NCBI GenBank assembly: GCA_977862235.1 | Contig: OZ374565.1 | Coordinates: 744,001-808,000, forward strand | Direction: 5' to 3' | DNA: 64,000 nt | Origin: Dudresnaya verticillata | Lineage: Eukaryota | Shown here: positions 63,532-64,000 of the stretch, piece by piece | Layout: every line of letters begins with the position of its first letter | How positions within the stretch are numbered: position 1 is the first letter of the stretch | The notes under the pieces: generated by a model | Told to the model about the DNA's origin: nothing | What the model saw: only the letters and a program-made list of their open reading frames with translations | The model's database searches: none | Program-made: the position numbers and the translations under genes

Positions 63532-63550
63532 TGGTCTCCCGACCTAGAAG
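63532..63550 (+). promoter_or_regulatory. Primer-binding site of a further + strand element (G) running out of the window
   Basis: TGGTCTCCCGACCTAGAAG, 2 nt after the CA end of the LTR. Confidence 0.88.
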
Positions 63551-64000
63551 AGTGCCTAGGAACCCTGCGGGTTCGGGTCGGCGCGGCTGATTACCCTGCG
63601 TGTCGGCGTCTGCATCCCCCTCCCATCACCTTCGTGCCGCATGCTTTGCGGCGCGCGTGGCGTGAGATCGCTATCGGCCCTTCTCGTGGTACGCTGATCC
63701 CCTATGGCGGGGTGTTTCTTGGGCAGACGGGTTGGCTCCCACTACACCGCCCGCATGCCCTTCTGCTGGCGAAGGGGAGCTCTGTGACCGGAACCAGCTT
63801 TTCAGTAGCCCCGCTGCTTGCCCGAATCGACCAAACGCCAGAGTACCGGTGAATAAATTTAGGCACGTACCTATCATAACTGTTAGTATACATCATTAGC
63901 TAACGGTTAGCATTGTAGCTCTGATGGAGCAGGTATTAATTTTCCGTCTTCCACCGTATTTATTAGCCTCCGACTAGTAAGGGCCGCGGACTTAACGGGC

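Overview
Eukaryotic, repeat-saturated DNA with no recognisable intact host gene. It is a nested cluster of chromodomain-bearing Ty3/Gypsy LTR retrotransposons plus one decayed pogo/Tigger-type DNA transposon. A red-algal origin is my guess from the element types and is not proven. From LTRs, 5-bp target-site duplications (TSDs), primer-binding sites (PBS) and polypurine tracts (PPT) I resolve: a gag remnant E (89-1371); element D (+, from 1372, 3'-truncated), which carries a solo LTR (5838-6612, TSD CCACC) and full-length element A (-, 7656-20251, TSD GGTTC); a pogo-like element (26691-28768); an older, internally deleted element F (-, 35670-39329, TSD ATCTT); element C (+, about 40467-51640, 5'-truncated); and full-length element B (-, 51641-63285, TSD CCAAC), inserted into the LTR of C. 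The main finding is that three divergent elements (A, B, C) each carry a 2.3-2.6 kb extra gene between pol and the 3' LTR, antisense to gag-pol, and a fourth truncated copy lies where D's would be. The A, B and C products share a central domain that matches no family I recognise, followed by a disordered tail. Four elements share an identical 19-nt PBS that looks tRNA-Tyr-like. One LTR is flanked by both a PPT and a PBS. All coding regions contain stops or frameshifts.
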